In this document: in pieces, positions 26,201 through 37,310 of the stretch
How positions within the stretch are numbered: the stretch's first letter is position 1
Layout of the letters: the number at the start of each line of letters is the position of its first letter
Origin: Tubulanus polymorphus
Taxonomy: Eukaryota > Animalia > Nemertea
Assembly (NCBI RefSeq): GCF_964204645.1
Contig: NC_134033.1
Location: forward strand, 11,106,655-11,170,654
DNA: 64,000 nucleotides
Reading direction: 5' to 3'
The notes under the pieces: generated by a model
Told to the model about the DNA's origin: nothing
Seen by the model: the letters and a program-made list of their open reading frames with translations, nothing else
Database searches by the model: none
Program-made: the position numbers and the translations under genes

Positions 26201-29200
26201 AACTTCGACATCATAAGTAAAACGCCTATTTTGTTAAATTGATAAAACGAATGAGTGAATATTTTCAAGAGAAATGAAGTCTATTTGGCACCTACCTCTT
26301 CGTTAATTTTATCCATCTGATGGTACAGCAGATCCTGTAACAGCATCATAAATTCATCCAGTCGTTTATTCAACATTTTCATTTCACCCTGAAAAAATAT
26401 CATTGAATAATTAAGTATTTTCATTTGTACGTAAATGCTGCGGAGCCAAATGGCTAGATAATTTAGGGATTAAAGCCCAACGCACAATACGCAGGGAACC
26501 ATGTTTCTGAATAAAAAGATTTAACCCACTATCTACAGATTAAAAGAATTTAAAATCAAGAATTTATTTATTCGAACAATCTAAAATATATAATAAACAC
26601 GACGTTTCGATCACACCCTAGAGATCGTCAGGTGATCGTCACAACAGACGATGATCTCTAGGGTGAGATCAAAACGTCGTGTTTATTATATATTTTAGAT
26701 TGTTCGAATAAATAAATTCTTGATTTTAAATTCTTTTAATCTGTAGATAGTGGGTTTAATCTTTATAACCGTTCACCACGTTTGAGTGTGGTTATCGTAC
26801 TATGTTTCTGAATATTTCTCTGTGTCGCGTGCATTCAAGAGAAACGAGGAACATGGTTTCAGGAACAATGTTTCCGCGATCCAAGTACCTTGTCAGGGTT
26901 GGTTTCGTCGAGACGATGAAGATTCCACATGATCGCCATCGAACAGCAGGCGATCGCGCGGCACACGATATCGACGGGAATCTGCATCTGCGTCGGATCG
27001 GTCGATTGTTTGACGATGTGGAAAAACGAAACCCACAAACCCCATTTCGTCAGATCGTGACATCTGTGAAAAGATTGGATAAGTTTAAAACTTCATACAG
27101 ATTGTACCAATACGGCACTCTAACCCTAACAATGTTAATGAAAATGGTTCTAAAGATGGGCATGTTTATTCAATGATTTCAAAGGGGTAAATGAAAGCAT
27201 TTGTTGATATAAGGGAGCAGTGACAATTTACGCAAAAATAAGATAGGATTGTCGATCGCTAATGCAACTTGGCTACAAAGCAAGCCTGGCGAATTCTTGT
27301 GGAACCACTGATTGTAAAAGTAGATTTGGCCACACCTTGCTAGTTTTTCATGTTCATCAGAAATATCTTAAGTCAGACATACACAAACATACACATACTG
27401 ACATACCCAGACAGACATACATATACGATCACACACATACGAACATACAGCAGATATACTACTAAGATTCTTACCCATAAAACGCGTATATTCGTTTCAA
27501 CGAAGCGACTAATGAGAAAATTTCTTCGTCATCGGCTTCTTCTCCCTGAAAATATGTAAAATGGAGCTTATTAACTCATTATCAATTGTTTAGCGAGTGA
27601 AGGTGATCAGTGACGTTTCATTGAAAATGTAATAGTCTTAAATACCTCTTGGAAATAATCCTGATACGCCTCGCGATATTTCTCGATCAGTCCGTCAATC
27701 AAAGTGCTACGAGTTACGATGCATTTTCCGGCGATCGCGAATTCTTGATTACAGAACGCCTCGTAACACTTCGAACACGCCTCCAACACCTGACGATTAT
27801 AGACTAAACATCTTTAACACCAATATACAATATTTCATATTCAACAAATTCATAGATAAAGGGCAGCGAGTGTGGATGAACCGTCTCTGGGTAGTGAGCA
27901 TAGAAGAAACACTTCTAAGTAAAGAATATAGCCGCCTTTGGCAAGTGAGTACAGGTAAAGGGAAACACCATCCTAGGTAAGCCGGTATGGCCAATGTTTG
28001 TAGGCCTACTGGTGTATCTGAACTGTCCCTCTAGACTGACAGTACTAACCTCGGTACTGGTGTGTTTATCTACAATCTCTTGTATATATTTCAGTAACAG
28101 TTCCAGATGTTTTTCCAGTCGACTCGTAGTGTAGATTTCAAGGTCGAAATGTTGTGGAATTTGTAGCAAATTACTCAACTTTTCCGCGTCAGCCACGTAC
28201 TAAATAAAACAACAACAACAACTTGAGAGTTAATCATTAAAAGAAATTAGCTCCCAGCTAAAATTCAGCATGCTACAAACGTTATAACCCTCAAACATTT
28301 TTGCCTTATTGAATAGATGCAGACTAAGACCTTATTGAATAGATGCAGACTAAGACCTTTTTCTTTCAACCTGTCAACAATCCCTTCTATTCATAATCAG
28401 GAATAAGGGTGTCATGGGAGCCCGAGAACCAATAAATATGTTTTGATAATTCTTACCTTGACGACGAGTTGAGGAAGTGATACGATAAAATGTTCGGTGA
28501 GACGCGCCTTGTCGTCGTGGAGCTGTTTGATTTCTTTCGTAGTGAGTTTTTTATTCGGTCCACGTCCGACCGGTGATTCCCACGTGGCTGCCTGTTTCAC
28601 GCAACAAACCATTATTTCTATCAAACTCAATTCTTGACGATCGTCCAACGCTGAAATTATCATAGGTTTATATCGTCATACAGAAGTTATATACGCTTCC
28701 TAACCTCTGGCGAACAGCTAACAATGCAATTGAAATTTGCGCAATCAAATCCTACACCTTTTCGTAAACGTGTGTACGATGCATTCATTTGCTCGAACTC
28801 ATGTGAACAAATGATGCTCAATTTACGTTAAATTGATTCTAAGCTGTTCTGTAAACAGCCTTAATCGATCACAGAGCTCTCAGATACAAAGTACATATAT
28901 GCAGGGCCCACACTACTGGGTTCAGTTGCACAGTCGTGACTTAAGCCCAAAAGTGGTCTTAAATCTTAAGACTGGTCTTAAGTTGTTAGATTGGCTATAG
29001 AACTAAGTTGGTCTTAGACTGGTCTTAAGTCTAAGCCATGACTATGCAACCAGCCCCTGGTAGAAAGAAGCAGTATTATTGTTAACTTACGTTCCTCTCC
29101 GCGACCCGGTTCTTCTAACAGTAAATCCGTCATACATTCCCAATCTTTCATCATATCGTTTATTTCCCATAAACTATCGACGAGGTAAGCGGCGTGCTCG

Positions 29201-32200
29201 TGTAACTAAAATACAGTTTACACAAAATATTTTCATCTTATAGCTGAATAGCTAATTAGCTGGTGAGAAAGAATCTTCAGGCAGGTTTCGATTGGTTTCT
29301 GCTGATTCTGGAATACTCTTCTTGCTCATTCATTTCGACCAGAAAGGCTCTCTGAAATTGCTATTCTTCTTGAAGGATGTACAATTGAAACCTACCCTAG
29401 GGTCCAATTTTAAGGGTCCAATGCCCGGTTTGCCAAAAATATAAACAATTATTAAATACTCACCTCACTCTCAATGAAGAATTGAACCAGATCTCGAATC
29501 AGGGGTGTATTTTCACTACGTTTCTTGCCTTTTTTCGTACGCGGCAAATTACGAGTCAACTCTGGATCTTTCTGGAACAGTTTCGCGTTGAGGAATTCAC
29601 CGGCGGCCTGTGCCACCTGGCGATGAGACGAGTACACTAATTCGTAGACATTTTCGCAATCTTTGTCGCTCAGTACGTTTTCGCTGTACCTGAAAAACAT
29701 GTTTATACCGTCTCATAGAATATGCAATGCTGCTAAATTAAGCATAACTCACGGGCAGGTTTTTATAGACTGTTATTACCTTTAACCCGGGGGCTACCTT
29801 AATTCATTTTCAATTGAGTTAGCCCCAGGGTTAAAGGTAATACCAGTCTATGAAACCAGGTCCAAGTCACACGGATCCAATCGATCATGGGGTCATAAGG
29901 ACTTGGCAGCCAGTCGCTGATTTTTCAAAATGAACATAATTTTCCGGTTTCTTTCAATTCCCAACGTTTATGAGAGAAATAAGTTTCCTATTTTCTTTGA
30001 CACAAATTAGTTTCCATGTTTTCCCTGTTCTAGGATCGTGATCACCCTGTGAACGCGTTTTAAAGAGCACCGACCTGAGAATGCTGATAACTAATTTGAC
30101 AGCTTGCACGGCGACGTCGTATTCTTTATCCAACGTCATCTCGACGATTCGATCTTTGAATCGGTTCGTAAACAACTCCAGTTTCGGAGCCAATTCCTCC
30201 GACTCGTACAGATTGTGAAGTCCTTTCAAACAAACGTGTCGCACTTCACCGCTCTGAAAATCAACCACGGAATTTATCAATATTAAAATTCTTTTGTAGA
30301 AATATGGACGACTTGTAAAACTTTACAATGAGCTAATGAGCATTGAAAATGAAGCAGAGTTAGTTCAGATGAGTAGCTACAAGATGAGGCAATTATGGCA
30401 GAACTGGATCTTGCAGTCACCAGCTAATGAGTAATACACAGCCCAAGTCAAATATGATAAGCTGTACAATCAATCTACGTTGTATGTGCTATTTTGTAGC
30501 AGATTTGGAAACTGGAAATTTTCATTTGGTTTACAAAACTTTTCAATCTAAAGCCTACTATTATGTATCTTAACAACCGATGGGTAGAGAAAGGTTTAAT
30601 TATTGCTGATGATTGGTTTCAAGTTGAAGTTCACAGTACTAACCCTATCGTAAAGCGTCCAGCCGACGTATTTTAAATAACCGTCATCCAGAAACATGTT
30701 CGGATATTTTTTCATCCAGACTCCGATTTCAGCCATACAAATACTGCGTATTTCACCGATACTATCCCTAAAATATACAACGAAAAACAACAATGTAACC
30801 ATTTTGCCAAAACTAGTTTCATCTCAATATTCTGACAGAATAGTTAAACTCAAATTTTCGTGTAATTGCCATTGGTTAATTCAGGACTACAATTCAAACT
30901 TAAACCGTTTCAGGCTTAAACTTTTTCGCGAAACTGGACCCTGGTATGCGAGGATATTACACCTACTACAGCACGCGAGGATCGAATATTGTCCATAAAT
31001 GAATGCCATGTAAAATTCCACGTCGATAGATGGCGGGTTCGCACATAATATTTCTATCCATGATGTAGTTCACACATTTATCTATGCGCACATCTCTCAG
31101 TCATTACGCAAAGTGTTCTTATTACCTGTAACGATGCACGAAAACTCCTTTGAATATATACGTCAACATGTTGCGAATTTCCTCCTGATTTTCTTCCATT
31201 TCTTGTCGTTTTTGCATCAACATTTCCAGACGTTCCGACGCGCGTTTGTTCGACGTTTTCTGTCGTTCGGCTTCGTATTGTCGCTGCGTGTAGTCGAGAT
31301 TCACGCTTAAACCTAACGCGACGTCGACCAGAGCGGTCATCAGTTTCATCGCTGCAAATACATTATTATCATGTTATTTGATACTTCGTTCATGACGACC
31401 AGGCTCCAGAACTCGAAAAACTGGACCCAGGTTTGCAGGAAATATCGAACTTGAATATTCAACAGCCAAGCAACTGTAAATACCAGCCACTTGAAAACCT
31501 GATACTTTGTCTTCTATGAAACTCTCTTTTTTCGGTGAAATTTCATGAAAAAATTTCCCCCTAGTTTTTGCTCTACACTCTTCCTATTCCAGAGTAACAG
31601 TCTTTTCACTGGATAGAAGCAGTTGGTAGAGATTTAGTAATCCAGACTTTCTATTCCTAAACTGAAATACGTTTTGATCGAAACCTGCCTCAGATTTTAC
31701 TATGTTTGAGACATGCGCTGGCACTTTTCATTACAGAGTTTGTCTGATCAACAATTAGATAGATGCAATGCACAATGGGGTCCAAACAGAGTTTGGGATG
31801 AGCTGATGAAAGAGTTTCTAAACAGTCTGGGATGAGCTGATCGTACACGCAGTGAAAGGATCCAACGCCCTTTCACATAAACGTACCTGCTAGTGTGCTA
31901 GTATGTCTGAACGTGCGAAATTGTGAATCGGTTAAACCGGTCAACAGTGAAATCACGTACCTGCTAGCGTGCTAGTATGTCTGAACGCGCGAACTTGTGA
32001 ATCAGTTAAACCGGTCAACAGTGAAATCACGTTATCCATCATATACTGATCGTAGATGATACTGTACTGACATTGTTTCACCAGAGTCGTCACAAACTCG
32101 ACGAAATTCGTTTTAAATTTCTTCCACACCGGTCCGCTCATAATCAACGGATAATCTCCACTTTCCTAAAACAAGATTAATCAAATTGATATTTTATATG

Positions 32201-34075
32201 CTCGCTGCATTGATGATGAGGATTAAGCTTTAAGTATTAAACTGTAATGATAATGAAAGGCTTATATCTTCTGAGTTATTCTTAAGATTAGAGTCCGTTT
32301 TTGAACAATTAAGTCCAAAAGTTGTAAGAGTGGCTATACGATTAAGATGGTCTTAAATCTGAATGGCTTGATGTAAGTTGTTACATTGGCAGTCATTTTT
32401 GAGGCGATGAATCTCGACTGAACAGTTGGACCAGATAAAAAGAAACACAGTCGCTGAAAGTTATACGGGCAATTTTAATTCATGTGAAATACCTCATCGA
32501 ATTCTTCGGTCATTTTCCTGATGAGTTCCGCGTGTTGTAACTCGGCGTACATGTGAGGCGTGATTTTACCACGACAACCCGAACTTTGAATGAAGAATTG
32601 AATGAGTTCGAGTAACGCCGCGTCACGATCCTGTTTATACGTCTCAATCCAATCATCGACTACCGTCTAAAAATAAAACATCATCTTCAATCATTAACAT
32701 ATTAATAATGGGGGTTATTGCTTGCTGGGGCTATAATATCGAGTCTACAGATCTTTAACGCCCCTTAAAACAATATGGAGGTCAATTCCATAGCTTTCAC
32801 TTCTACTCTACATTAGTCAAATTCAAGGGAAACGAGGAACGGGGTTCTAAGGTAGATATGAATTCTGTAAACATTCTAACTTAAACCACAAAGCAAAACA
32901 GCAAAGCCCAGAATATGCTCTGAAGGCAAACAAACATCGGGTTTAGAATGGTCTCCAAAATTGTCTTTATTTACTAAGTTTAACGATATCTGATTCAATC
33001 TAGAAGCACTTCATCTATTACATCAGTATACGGGCCTCCACACCAGTATACGGGCTTCCTCACCAGTATACGGGCTTCCACACCAGTATACGGGCTTCCA
33101 CACCAGTATACGGGCTTCCTCACCAGTATACGGGCCCCTCACCAGTATACGGGCCTCCTCGCCAGTATACGGGCCTCCTCACCAGTATACAGGCCTCCTC
33201 ATCAGTATACGGGCCTCCTCACCAGTATACAAGCTTCCTTACCTGTAAAGCCATTTTTCCAGCTTTAACGATTTCAAACATCGATCCATCCTCCGCAGCT
33301 CGTCTCACTTTTTCTTGCCCATCTCCCATTTCTCCTTCTTTACGACGTTTTCTATTTCCTCCTCCTCCTCCAGCAGCTGCTCGTTTACCAGTCTGAAATT
33401 CACAATTATTGGCACATAATTAGTTTTGATGAAAACTTTTGGGAAGGTGACAGGCGTTGTGAAATGTGTTTACTGCCCTGGAACGGAGAGAACGCTATTT
33501 ACCTCTTCAGCAGTCACTTGTCGCACGACTTGACGAATTTTCAAAGATGGATCTTCGAAATCACTGTCATTATCGCCGGCTTCTTGCCTGTAAGATTTAA
33601 CAATCATATTATAAAATGATGATTACTAGTTTTTGCCAGGATTTAACCCTTCAAGAGCTTTGTAGCTGAGAAATTGTGATCGCCCAGACACTGTACAGCG
33701 TACGTGATCATCCAGACACTGAACAGCGTATGTGATCGCCCAGACACTGTACAGCGTACGTGATCATCCAGACACTGTACAGCGTATGTGATCGCCCAGA
33801 CACTGTACAGCGTACGTGATCATCCAGACACTGTACAGCGTATGTGATCGCCCAGACACTGTACAGCGTACGTGATCATCCAGACACTGTACAGCGTATG
33901 TGATCGCCCAGACACTGGTACAATGGATGCAGGTCGCTGATTGATAATTCAGGGTTACTTACATCATTTGTAAATCAGGTTCCATCACGTATTGCGGTTC
34001 CATTGTCTCGCACAAGTTTTCTAACGCTATATCCTTAGATTTTCTCCTGGGTCGAAGTCCACCTCTTTTTGACAT
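20254..34075 (-). CDS. STAG1: Cohesin subunit SA (stromal antigen; STAG1/2 orthologue)
   Basis: 26 GT-AG coding exons: 33963-34075, 33503-33587, 33243-33392, 32493-32666, 31961-32165, 31126-31351, 30644-30767, 30075-30253, 29464-29689, 29091-29205, 28457-28650, 28050-28199, 27646-27789, 27475-27545, 26889-27063, 26296-26388, 25624-25777, 25144-25277, 24853-24954, 24560-24708, 23836-23967, 22506-22696, 22211-22304, 21910-22029, 21515-21704, 20254-20280. Hallmark peptides: [74 protein letters not shown]. Confidence 0.96.
20904..21057. mobile_element. Tc1/mariner-like MITE remnant
   Basis: ta-tagtagacctctc ... gaggagtctactg-ta. Related ends at 59278-59606, 12318-12412 and 50406-50647. Confidence 0.55.
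23563..23740. repeat. Purine-rich (GA) low-complexity tract
   Basis: Direct reading; STAG intron. Confidence 0.85.
24039..24197. mobile_element. MITE with CAGTGTTTTCA termini
   Basis: cagtgttttcactaaga...gccaggtccc / gggacctggctcttattgaaaacactg. The direct repeat AGCCA lies on both sides. Confidence 0.7.
24746..24838. repeat. 15-bp minisatellite (ggatatcgtcaggtt), ~6 units
   Basis: Direct reading. Confidence 0.9.
26514..26801. mobile_element. Foldback retroelement fragment, Penelope-like (inverted pLTR-like arms, unique tail, degenerate hammerhead motifs), 13-bp TSD
   Basis: ~115-bp near-perfect inverted arms (26515-26630 / 26647-26764) and a 35-bp unique tail. The direct repeat atgtttctgaata flanks it at 26501-26513 and 26802-26814. 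CTGACGA...GAAACGTC motif on the - strand. Confidence 0.7.
28918..29056. mobile_element. ~140-bp Harbinger-like MITE; copy 2 (inverted relative to 6186-6324)
   Basis: Reverse complement of the element at 6186-6324; CTG flanks. Confidence 0.8.
29753..29863. mobile_element. Short palindromic MITE
   Basis: ggtttttatagactgttattacctttaacccggggg / ccccagggttaaaggtaataccagtctatgaaacc inverted arms. Confidence 0.7.
31881..32028. repeat. 74-bp tandem duplication of a STAG exon 3' end including its splice donor
   Basis: 31881-31954 vs 31955-32028, 4 mismatches, acgt microhomology at the ends. Confidence 0.9.
33021..33240. repeat. 20-bp minisatellite (caccagtatacgggc[c/t]tcct), ~11 units, abutting a STAG donor
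   Basis: Direct reading. Confidence 0.92.
33676..33918. repeat. 28-bp minisatellite arranged as a 56-bp dimer (gtgatcgcccagacactgtacagcgtac / gtgatcatccagacactgtacagcgtat)
   Basis: Direct reading; the two variants alternate strictly. Confidence 0.92.
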
Positions 34076-34839
34076 CTTTAAAAATAGACATAAATATCAA
34101 ATTTGTATAGAACGATTATAATGTGTGAGTCTATTTGTCTATTCTATTCTAATCTGTTCATTCTGAACTTTTCAAAATTGGTTTAAAGCTGCGTAGGTGG
34201 CAGCACTATCTAATCGAAGGGATAGTCATCTCAAAATTTACCACATACATTTGGCTTTGAATTCCGAATAGAAATAACGCAATGAATTAATTCTAGAGAC
34301 TTTCACAGAAAGATTAGATTCTAAATTCATTCAAAATAGAATTTTCAAACGGCGCCATTCTGAGATGTAAGTGTCCACGTGACGCTGCTAAATTAAGAGC
34401 CAGATATCGGAAAATCTGACGAGAGAAACCTGATATAAGATACACTTCAGATGTGACATTAGACTAAACAAATATGGGAAGATAATCAACACAAAACGTG
34501 GAAAGAGATGGAAAATATTTGATGAGTAAATTTCTAAATAGCGTAGATGGCAGCACCAGACAGATAAGGAAATCTTTCCAGCCTGAGAGAAAATTTACAA
34601 TCAGAAAACTGAAAATTTCGACGTTTTTCGGGCATTCAAATCATAAAGATTTTACAGAGCTCTTACAATTCGGCGAGAAATGGCGATAACCGCTGGGATT
34701 CGGGTCCTAAAATCGATCCTTTGTTCAAAAACGGGCAATTTCCATTAACACTTCATTTCAAACTCGAATTTCTGCTAGATTCCAGCTTCGAAATGAAACA
34801 CACTGATAAATACGAGTGAATTCGATAATTTCGCTTCGT

Positions 34840-35165
34840 CACTTACATAATTTAGGGTCGGGGTGAGATCAGTTAGGCCTGTATAGCACCTTACGAGTCC
34901 GATTTAGTCGATTATCGAATATACGGCGCCAGTGCGGCCATTTTGAATTTATGATTACTGCGGGAGATTTACACAACAAAAGATTCCAATAATCGCATAA
35001 ATTAACGCTTAAACTATCAGAAAACTCGTGTTAACTTTGAAAAACGTATTTGAAAGGGTTTAACGGGTGTTTAGTTATCGGGTTGTACCTTGAAAACGGG
35101 TTTGTATCGTTTCAATGCGGGAAATAATTAGTTTTCTAGATTCCGAGATTGAGATTTGGCGCGTC
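34840..35165 (-). promoter_or_regulatory. Putative STAG promoter / non-coding first exon
   Basis: Minus-strand donor gtaagtg (cacttac ~34839-34846), YY1-like GCCATTTTG 34937-34945, CHR-like TTTGAA (34942, 35036, 35049), E2F-like GCGGGAAA 35117-35124 and TTTGGCGC 35155-35162. The region is CpG-rich. Confidence 0.5.
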
Positions 35166-35692
35166 TTCACCGAGTTGCGCGCTAATTACCGCATGAGGTC
35201 GCTTGCGTCTGGAGCGTTCCCCACCGCGGCGCAATTCAACCGGGATCACCTCGTTTACAAATTTCGCTTCGGTTCTCTTTCACACTTTAAATCAAACTGC
35301 AAGTCGCCGTGGTTCGAATCCGATTATGGGTCAGGATTTTGGAAGAATTAATCTGTATCTGTAATTATTAGGCTGTTTGTGGTCCAGTCGCGCTATGCCG
35401 GGTACGTGGTGTCGGACTCCTAATATTAGCACCCGGGTCGATGGCAACTTGTTATGCTCGACCGACTCTGACTGGACTGTGCTTCATTTAATGACCGGCT
35501 GAACCGGGGCGGCACAAAACTTTGCCAATCATGTTTCACGCGATGCGATGAAAAGCGCGCCTTGCGTGCGGCCTCGTAAAGTTTTCCGGAAAGTGCAACG
35601 GATTCAACTGCGAGGGTTCGTTCGTAAATGATTCACGGGCCGGCCGTGAAAAGCAGTGAATTTTATAGACTAGCAGTGAAATGGGGGCATAA

Positions 35693-35920
35693 CTAAAACG
35701 ATGCACTACTAAAACGAAGACTATGCACTTTGCGACTATTCAGGACTAAAACGAAGACCTATGCACTCACTAATCATCACTCGGGGCGTTATAGTCTCTG
35801 TATTCAACCACCTCTGCCAATGAGTGCAGACAATATCAGATATAAACACGGCGCACATGAAACGTAAATTGGTCGGTTTTCTCTGGTGCATATAGTCGTT
35901 TTTAGTAGTGCATTGTTTTA
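35693..35920. mobile_element. MITE-like element with ~35-bp imperfect TIRs
   Basis: ctaaaacgatgcactactaaaacga / tcgtttttagtagtgcattgttttag. Confidence 0.55.
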
Positions 35921-37222
35921 GCAACGTGGGTTGCTTAACTAAGAATGAAAAATCTCTAAATCAATCATATTTATTCTCATACAACAATCATGCAAAATCA
36001 TATGCCAGGCGTGCTCGATGAATTATAATGTAAGCTCTTCAAACACGTGGACTTTCAAAAAACAACTAGTCCAACCACCATAGGCGTAAAACCTTTAAAC
36101 GAGACGCCCATTCCAACATAGACTCTAAAACAAAAAAGTCTATGGCCCAACTATGGACTCAACAGTCCATGGCCCCCGCACTGATACCAGAGATAAACCT
36201 GGCCAAATACTCTGGAAAGCGTAGGATTAAGTAATCAATCTGATTTACATTTTTTATATCATTTTATTTTCACATATCCAATTATTAACTTTTCACTAAT
36301 TATTTTCTCAACATTTTAATGGTTATTTTATTTCTATTACTACATGTATGTATGAAATTGTTCTATCTTAAAAACCACAAAAGGTATTAAGGTATTTCTA
36401 AGTCTTTATCTACAATACATTTCCACTAAAGCTGATTCATACAATTTGCATCAATAGGAAAATAACAAAAATACACAAAGAATTGTAATTTTTGATCAAT
36501 AAAAAAATTTCATCGAGATGACCTTAATCTCTTAATCATCAAGGAAAAGCTCAACTTTATTCAATTAGGACCTTAATAAATCGATGTTTTATGAACAATA
36601 TTGACATGAACATGTCATTTCATCTCCACAGAAACAATCATACCTAAATGACAAGTATTTATGTACTCGAGGAAGTGCGTCAGTCATTTACAAAAACGTG
36701 ACCAGTACTTCAAAAAAGTCTCCAACATAAAGAAAAATTAAAACTGGAGATAAAACTACAAATTCAATCTGGAAAGCTTAGGATTAACTAAACAGTCTTT
36801 GATTTAATTATTATGTATTTTATGAACCATTGATAAGCACCACAGTGAAAAAGTTGCAATACACGTAACTAAACAATTGAACAGTTTTAACATGAATGAC
36901 GAACATGTATGTCGTTTTATTCTTACACAACAATTATACCCTGTTAAATGAGTTATTCAAAAGCAGTTTAAAATAAAAACATTAAACCTACGAATTCATT
37001 CACGCTGGAAAGCGTGAGTTAACTGATTAATCTTAATTATTCAATTATTACAAAAAATCTACAAACATTGCCAAATTTTCCTCGTCTTTAAACATTATCA
37101 ACTAGCTTATTTCACAAATGTTACATTTGAAACAAAGCAGGGTCCGATATAACCAACCAAGCAGCAGTATTAATTTTTACGCAAGAAGAGGTCAAGGTCT
37201 AAGAGACCGGAGTACCAAACGG

Positions 37223-37223
<1 letters not shown>

Positions 37224-37290
<67 letters not shown>

Positions 37291-37310
37291 ACTGCTACTA
37301 CTACTACTAT
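37224..37310. repeat. (CTG)n-(CTA)n microsatellite
   Basis: Direct reading. Confidence 0.95.

Noticed and set aside
26802-27176. 124-aa + strand ORF
   Set aside because: Antisense shadow of STAG exon 26889-27063 plus intron.
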